IMG/VR virus record: IMGVR_UViG_3300017960_000001
Location: 1 to 64,000 of that record
Reading direction: 5' to 3' (one strand)
DNA: 64,000 bases
DNA from: a virus
Positions 59,115 through 64,000 of this stretch are shown in pieces; the stretch's first letter is position 1; the number at the start of each line of letters is the position of its first letter. The notes under the pieces are model-generated. The model was not told where the DNA came from. It made no database searches and saw only the letters and a program-made list of their open reading frames with translations. Both the position numbers and the translations under genes were made by a program.

Positions 59115-59660
59115 GTGACAGGGGGAGCGGAGGACGGATTGAACGGTGACGCCAAAGCTGTAATTGACCACGTCGACACCTTGTTCGAGGGGTTCGACAA
59201 GCGCATGCTCGAACTGCAAAAGCTCACCGGCGAGGGGGCCACGGCGATCGCAGGGATCTCAAGGGATGTCAAGAACCAAGGACGAGAGATCGGCGAATTG
59301 AAAACGGCGACGAACGACCTCCGGCGCAAGACCGAGGCGTTCCCGGGGATGATCGCTCAGGCGATCCGCGAGCACAAGCACGATTGCCCGGTGGTGGTCG
59401 CGCCGACGGTGGCGCCTCGCGGCGACGAACCGAGCCAGGTTGTCCCGGTTCCAGTTGGACCGGTCCGGCCGGACGTGGTGCCGACGGCAAGCTCGTCGTT
59501 CTTGCCATCGTCGACCGCGGTGAGGTATGTGATCCTCGTCGGGCTGTTCGTCGGGACCATGATCGCCGGCATCGTGATCGGCTCGGTAGTAAAAGCGAAC
59601 GCCCCTGAGTTGGGGCCAACACCGCCGGCCGCAGGAACGGCCGCGCGAGCAGAGGAGTAA
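59115..59660 (+). CDS. Coiled-coil membrane protein (holin-like candidate)
   Basis: GGAGG SD; one C-terminal TM segment YVILVGLFVGTMIAGIVIG. Confidence 0.5.
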   Translation: MTGGAEDGLNGDAKAVIDHVDTLFEGFDKRMLELQKLTGEGATAIAGISRDVKNQGREIGELKTATNDLRRKTEAFPGMIAQAIREHKHDCPVVVAPTVAPRGDEPSQVVPVPVGPVRPDVVPTASSSFLPSSTAVRYVILVGLFVGTMIAGIVIGSVVKANAPELGPTPPAAGTAARAEE

Positions 59661-59665
59661 GGGAT

Positions 59666-60055
59666 ATGACGATCGAGAATTTGACCAACGAGCAGGCCGC
59701 CGGCACTGGCTTCTCGGAAGCACACGGCGCGATCGAGGGCGGGCACCTCGCCAAAATCAACGAGATCATCGACACGATCAACGGGTTGGACACCCCGAGC
59801 GAGTTCCCGTACACCCCGACCACCGAGGCCGATTGGCCCGACCCCGACCCGACCACGTTGCAGGAGGGGCTCGACCAGCTGGCCGCTCGCCTCGAGACGA
59901 CCACGACCGCGCTCGAAGCGATCGACACCGCGGCCGAGTATCCGTTCGTCGAGGGGACCCCGGGAGATTGGGCGGTGCCGAACACCAACTTGCAGCAAGC
60001 GATCGACCGGATCGCGGCGCAAGTGGCGATCCTGCTCGGCGTTCCGATTCCGTAG
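59666..60055 (+). CDS. Short fibre-like protein with duplicated motif
   Basis: ADW..PTTLQEGLDQLA and GDW..TNLQQAIDRIA. Confidence 0.65.
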   Translation: MTIENLTNEQAAGTGFSEAHGAIEGGHLAKINEIIDTINGLDTPSEFPYTPTTEADWPDPDPTTLQEGLDQLAARLETTTTALEAIDTAAEYPFVEGTPGDWAVPNTNLQQAIDRIAAQVAILLGVPIP

Positions 60056-60235
60056 GACTCTCCGCGGGCCCGGCGACCGGGTCCACTTCTCCACCCCCGC
60101 ACGGCAACGCCACGGGGACGCACACCGGCTCGGTAGGGTCGACCCGCGTCCTTGCCCCCGTCACAGAGAACGGCCCTCAGATTGGCGTACAGGCTGCCTC
60201 AGAGCGAGGTGGCCGGCACCCCGCCACACGCCCAG

Positions 60236-60336
60236 GAAAAACGACAGGCACCTGCTTATTTTTGTTGACACGGCCGGCGGACCGCGTTACATTCCTACAC
60301 ATGATGACGCACACACAAACCCCGGAGGATGCCATG
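60236..60336 (+). promoter_or_regulatory. Conserved promoter/leader module, copy 6
   Basis: TTGACA 60265, 17 nt, TACATT 60288, ATGATGAC 60301, GGAGG, ATG 60334. Confidence 0.85.
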
Positions 60337-60534
60337 GCCGACGACATCAATCACGTTGAGCTGGAAATGAAAGCCCGCAACTGCACCGACGCCGAACTGA
60401 TATTCATGCGGGACGACGCCGGCGCCGCGTGGCGCGCGATGCCGGACAATCCCAAGGCCAAATTCTACCGGTGGGAAATGTGCTACGCCTGCAACGAAAT
60501 CGCCCGCCGCGGGTTGTCCGCGGACGGTTGCTAG
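60301..60534 (+). CDS. Small hypothetical protein (alternative start 60334)
   Basis: Follows module 6. Confidence 0.7.
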   Translation: MMTHTQTPEDAMADDINHVELEMKARNCTDAELIFMRDDAGAAWRAMPDNPKAKFYRWEMCYACNEIARRGLSADGC

Positions 60535-60546
60535 AAAGGGGGCGCC

Positions 60547-60852
60547 ATGCGCGCACCGATCGATTCCGTCGCCCGTTTCTGTAACGCCCTGCTGGACCGC
60601 GTCGTTTCCGCGGTCCTAATCGCCGGGCCCGACACCCGGATCGGCCGGGCGCGCGTCGCGCTCGGCAACGACCAGCTGGCAGCGATCACGTCGGACGTGA
60701 TGCGCCCGCTGCTCAAGGACGCGCTCCACGGCGACCGCTACGCCGAGGACCGGGCCGCCGTGGTCGACGGGATCTACGGGGCCGAGGCTGCGTTCGCCGC
60801 GGCGATCATCGCCGACGCGGTCAAGGGGATCGGCGACCGCTGCCCCGCGTAG
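60547..60852 (+). CDS. Hypothetical protein
   Basis: AAGGGGG SD. Confidence 0.65.
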   Translation: MRAPIDSVARFCNALLDRVVSAVLIAGPDTRIGRARVALGNDQLAAITSDVMRPLLKDALHGDRYAEDRAAVVDGIYGAEAAFAAAIIADAVKGIGDRCPA

Positions 60853-60865
60853 AGCCTACCCTTCA

Positions 60866-60972
60866 GAAAAAACGACAGGCACCGTATTCTTTTTGTTGAC
60901 ACGGCGGGCGGGGCGTGCAATGATGTTCTCATGATGACGGACACACAAACCAACGCAACGGAGGAAAAAATG
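60866..60972 (+). promoter_or_regulatory. Conserved promoter/leader module, copy 7
   Basis: TTGACA 60896, 17 nt, AATGAT 60919, ATGATGAC 60931, GGAGG, ATG 60970. Confidence 0.85.
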
Positions 60973-61488
60973 CCGACCCTGACCAACGACGAAGCCGCCC
61001 TGGCAATCACCGCGATCGAGCACTACATCAACACGCTTCACCACATGGCGGGGGACACCAACCCCGACCACGCCAAGGCGTTGCACGCCCGCGCCGACGA
61101 GTTGCGGGGGGTCCACCGCTCGCTGCTGAAGTCCGACGAGCCGGGGACCGACGCGGACACCGACGCCGACACGAACACCGCCCCCGACGAGGACGCGATG
61201 AAGGACGCCGCCGCGGCCGAGTTCGGGATCACCCGGACCAGCCTCGATGTGCTGCTCGACTACGCCGGCGACGCCGGAAATTGGAGCGGGTCGCCGTTGG
61301 TCGGTGGCAACGTCGGCGGGACGAAAGAAGAACGGGGCAACCTGACCCAACTGAAAAAGGCCGGGCTGATTTCGACGTGGGTGGAGGAGGGGAATTCGTG
61401 GGTGGACTTCACCCCGAAGGCCGCCGACGCGATCCGCGCCGCCGGCGACACCAAGCTGGCCGACTACATCGCCACCGTTGCCCGCTAG
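60931..61488 (+). CDS. Hypothetical protein with DT linker and winged-helix-like C-terminus (alternative start 60970)
   Basis: ERGNLTQLKKAGLI..WVDFTPK. Confidence 0.7.
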   Translation: MMTDTQTNATEEKMPTLTNDEAALAITAIEHYINTLHHMAGDTNPDHAKALHARADELRGVHRSLLKSDEPGTDADTDADTNTAPDEDAMKDAAAAEFGITRTSLDVLLDYAGDAGNWSGSPLVGGNVGGTKEERGNLTQLKKAGLISTWVEEGNSWVDFTPKAADAIRAAGDTKLADYIATVAR

Positions 61489-61497
61489 GAGGACACG

Positions 61498-62151
61498 ATG
61501 CGAAACGCAATAGGGAACAAGTACGAAGCGACCAAGGACGAACCCGCCACGGCGATCGCCAAGCGGATCCGCACGGACATCCGAGCCGCGGTCCGCGCCG
61601 GCGATCTCCCGGCCGAGCTTCGCGTGTCGGTCCGCACCGACCGGAGCACCTACCACGAATCGATCAGGATGGAGGTCACCGCCTACGACGGGCCGATCTG
61701 CAACCGGGTGTGGTTCGCCCGCAAGATGACCGGCGAGCACTTGCTGCTCAACGATTGCAACCGGCACGGGGTCGAGGCCGACGCGCTCCTCGCCAAGCTC
61801 ACCGCGATCGGCGACGCCTACAACTACGACAAGTCCGAGCCGGAAACGGACTACTGGAACACGCGCTTTTTCCAGACGGTGGATTACGCCCTCGCGCTCA
61901 CCGAGGACGACTACATCGCCGCCGCTCACGACGTCGCCGGGTGGACGTTGGGGGTGGAGAAAACGGCGCCCCGTTACGACGACGACGACCTGCTCTGGAC
62001 GGTGTTCGCCGAGCTACCCGGGGAGGTGATCCCGGGCAAGCCGGCGCCGGTCAAGCTGGCACTGGCGACGACCCCCGAGGCGGCCGACGAAACCGCCGAC
62101 TCGCTGGCCCGTCTGCCCCAGCTTGCGCTCGAGGGGGACCTGCCATGGTAA
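61498..62151 (+). CDS. Large-polyvalent-protein domain (LPD29-like) protein
   Basis: AKRIR..I..SVRT..SI..AYNYDKS.PETDYWNTRF. Confidence 0.6.
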   Translation: MRNAIGNKYEATKDEPATAIAKRIRTDIRAAVRAGDLPAELRVSVRTDRSTYHESIRMEVTAYDGPICNRVWFARKMTGEHLLLNDCNRHGVEADALLAKLTAIGDAYNYDKSEPETDYWNTRFFQTVDYALALTEDDYIAAAHDVAGWTLGVEKTAPRYDDDDLLWTVFAELPGEVIPGKPAPVKLALATTPEAADETADSLARLPQLALEGDLPW

Positions 62152-62363
62152 CCGGTGATTGGATCGTCGAACGGGTCGATCGGACGGACGACATTCGCTA
62201 CCCGTTCAGGGTGATCGGCAGGTTGCGCGAAACCGGCGAGCTGTTCCGGTGGTGCGTCCCGTCGGTCGCCTCGAAACGCTACGACCTAAGGCTCGCTGAG
62301 ATGGACCAGAAAACGAGGGCGGCGGTGGACGTCGCCCGCTATCAACCGGAGGCTCAACAATGA
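62145..62363 (+). CDS. Small hypothetical protein
   Basis: GAGGGGG SD; overlaps both neighbours. Confidence 0.55.
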   Translation: MVTGDWIVERVDRTDDIRYPFRVIGRLRETGELFRWCVPSVASKRYDLRLAEMDQKTRAAVDVARYQPEAQQ

Positions 62364-62731
62364 AGCGGATTCTCTTGGTGGACGACAACGACCTCGTCCG
62401 GCGGTCCCTAGCCCGGGTGCTGTCCAGCACCGGCGTCGAGGTCGACACGGCGGACGACCTCACGAAAGCGGTGCTGCTCATGTGCGTCGCCGCCGACCTC
62501 TCTCCCTACGACGCAGTGATCTCCGACATGGACCTCGGCAACGGCCACGACGCCGGCGGGCTCGCCGTGCTCGAGGTGGCGCGTCGGATCCTGCCCGGCG
62601 CCCGCCGGGTGCTGGTTTCCGGGTCGACCTTCGAGGAGGGGCCGGTGCGGGAGGCGATCGACACCGGCGCCTGTGATCGGTTCCTCCCCAAACCATGCCG
62701 GGCGGACGACTTGCTGAAGGCCCTACTCTAA
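62360..62731 (+). CDS. Stand-alone response regulator receiver (CheY-like)
   Basis: ILLVDD, DAVISD (phosphoacceptor), VLVSG, FLPKP. Confidence 0.9.
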   Translation: MKRILLVDDNDLVRRSLARVLSSTGVEVDTADDLTKAVLLMCVAADLSPYDAVISDMDLGNGHDAGGLAVLEVARRILPGARRVLVSGSTFEEGPVREAIDTGACDRFLPKPCRADDLLKALL

Positions 62732-62748
62732 GCGGCCCACCGACCTCG

Positions 62749-62846
62749 CAAAATTTATTGCTTATTTTTGTTGACACGGCCGGTGCTGCGTGCCAAGATT
62801 TACTCATGATGACGGACACACACACAACGGAGGGCAACTAACCATG
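62749..62846 (+). promoter_or_regulatory. Conserved promoter/leader module, copy 8
   Basis: TTGACA 62771, 17 nt, CAAGAT 62794, ATGATGAC 62806; leader ORF stops at TAA 62839-62841; ATG 62844. Confidence 0.85.
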
Positions 62847-62942
62847 GCGCTGAAAAAGAACGACCGCTCCCGCAAGACCCGCAAGTCTCACCACAAGAAG
62901 CTGCGCCGCCGCGCCGACCGCGCCGCGTGCGCCGGCCGCTAG
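62844..62942 (+). CDS. 32-aa highly basic peptide
   Basis: MALKKNDRSRKTRKSHHKKLRRRADRAACAGR; GGAGG upstream. Confidence 0.5.
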   Translation: MALKKNDRSRKTRKSHHKKLRRRADRAACAGR

Positions 62943-62952
62943 GGAGGGCACC

Positions 62953-64000
62953 ATGTACGCCGACACCAACGACACCAACACCGACCCCGCCGCCGACGCC
63001 GCGGCGGTGGTCGCCACCCCGGAAGCTCCCCCGACGTTTTGGTTCACCGCGGGCGAGCTAGATCACATCGACGACCTGCTGAAGCTGACCACGACGGGCA
63101 CCCCGTTCGCCGGGGCCAGCTGGCGCCGCACCGGGGAAAAGACCCACGTCGACCGGTACGGATACGAGGTCACGGTGTACGCGGTCGAGCTAATCGCCGA
63201 CGTGACCAGCTACCTTGAGATTCCAGACCACACGTTGATCGCCACCGCCAAGGCCGCGGCCGAGGGGGAATGGTTTGTGAACCTGCTCGGCGAGACGACC
63301 TACGCCGACATCGCCGAGGATTTGGACCCGCGGCGGTGCGATGTGTGCGGCATCCGGCACAACCGGACCAAGCTCTACATCATGGTCGAGGACGCCACCG
63401 GGGATCACGTTGTCACCGGCGGAACGTGCGCGCGGAAGTTCCGCAACGTCGACCTGCTCTCCGCGGTCGATGCGTGGTTCCGGCTCCGGTCCGAGGTCGC
63501 CGGCGACATCGACGAGAAAATGGACAAGCTCCGCGGGGCCCGCGACTTCTGGATCGAGCTTGCTGCGGCGGAACACATCGTCACCGAGCGCGGCTACGTT
63601 TCGGCCGCCGACGCCGAGGAAAAACGGACCACGTCGACCACCTCTGAATTGGTCTACTGGTGTGACCGCGGGTGGAAAGAAATGGACGCGAAAACCGCCC
63701 GCGGGATCTACACCCGGGCGACCGAGCTTATGGACGGCGGCGCCGCTGAACTGCTCGCTTGGATCGACGCCCGGAACGCCGATCGCCCGTCGTCGTTCTG
63801 GCACAATTGCGGGGTGGCACTCCGCACCGGCGACCCCGGCCGCGGCCGCGGGTTGGTAGCGTTCCTCGGTAGCGTCAAAATGAGGATCGCCGAGGACGCG
63901 ATCCGGGCCGCCCGCCCGCCGGCGAAAAACTACGCCGACGCCCCGCTCAAAAAGATGATCGACCTCGACGGGTGGTGGACGGTGCTCCGCTCCAAATGGT
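62953..64000 (+). CDS. Hypothetical Zn-finger protein, runs off the window end
   Basis: Own translation MYADTNDTNTD...RCDVCGIRHNRTKLYI...GGTCA; GGAGG SD; no stop seen. Confidence 0.7.
   Translation, partial: MYADTNDTNTDPAADAAAVVATPEAPPTFWFTAGELDHIDDLLKLTTTGTPFAGASWRRTGEKTHVDRYGYEVTVYAVELIADVTSYLEIPDHTLIATAKAAAEGEWFVNLLGETTYADIAEDLDPRRCDVCGIRHNRTKLYIMVEDATGDHVVTGGTCARKFRNVDLLSAVDAWFRLRSEVAGDIDEKMDKLRGARDFWIELAAAEHIVTERGYVSAADAEEKRTTSTTSELVYWCDRGWKEMDAKTARGIYTRATELMDGGAAELLAWIDARNADRPSSFWHNCGVALRTGDPGRGRGLVAFLGSVKMRIAEDAIRAARPPAKNYADAPLKKMIDLDGWWTVLRSKW

Larger units (their letters stand above)
1..64000 (+). mobile_element. Tailed dsDNA phage (myovirus) genome segment
   Basis: Complete terminase-portal-capsid-sheath-baseplate gene set; no block of host housekeeping genes. 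Confidence 0.95.

Noticed and set aside
59115-60055. Complete lysis cassette
   Set aside because: Only a single-TM protein is present; no recognisable endolysin or spanin motifs
1824-60972. Conserved Glu(-Asp) in the leader peptides as a T4-style capsid-targeting cleavage site
   Set aside because: The GAG-GAC codons are explained by the underlying GGAGG SD sequence, and copy 3 lacks the Glu

Overview
This window is a 64-kb piece of a high-GC dsDNA phage with a contractile tail (myovirus morphotype). All credible genes are on the + strand, and no integrase, polymerase or clear endolysin is visible. Layout: an RHH regulator and a TerS-like gene (0.3-1.3 kb); a non-coding stretch rich in AGCC/GGCT; a first block of small, presumably early genes (1.8-11.6 kb); a ParB-like gene and a B12-binding radical SAM gene coupled to TerL; portal, MuF, XkdF-type protease, scaffold-like genes and major capsid; about 9 kb of accessory virion genes; neck, sheath, tube, chaperones, tape measure, baseplate and fibres (34-60 kb); then a second block of small genes (60.2-64 kb). 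The most striking unexplained structure is a ~100-bp module present 8 times, which divides both small-gene blocks into cassettes. It consists of an A-tract/T-tract dyad, a TTGAC(A/G)-17-(-10) sigma70-like promoter overlapped by a second dyad, an ATGATG at the predicted +1, a CA-rich leader, and an SD plus second ATG. In 6 of 7 protein-led copies the two ATGs are in frame despite differing leader lengths. One copy instead leads into a tightly folded 85-nt tRNA-like RNA. Other highlights: a packaging-linked ParB/B12-radical-SAM pair (candidate new DNA modification), a MuF protein with a degenerate zincin domain, a predicted -1 frameshift in the tail chaperone, a stand-alone response-regulator receiver, and apparent avoidance of CTGCAG/GAGCTC/CCWGG. 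All family assignments come from by-eye motif recognition and synteny; no searches were run.
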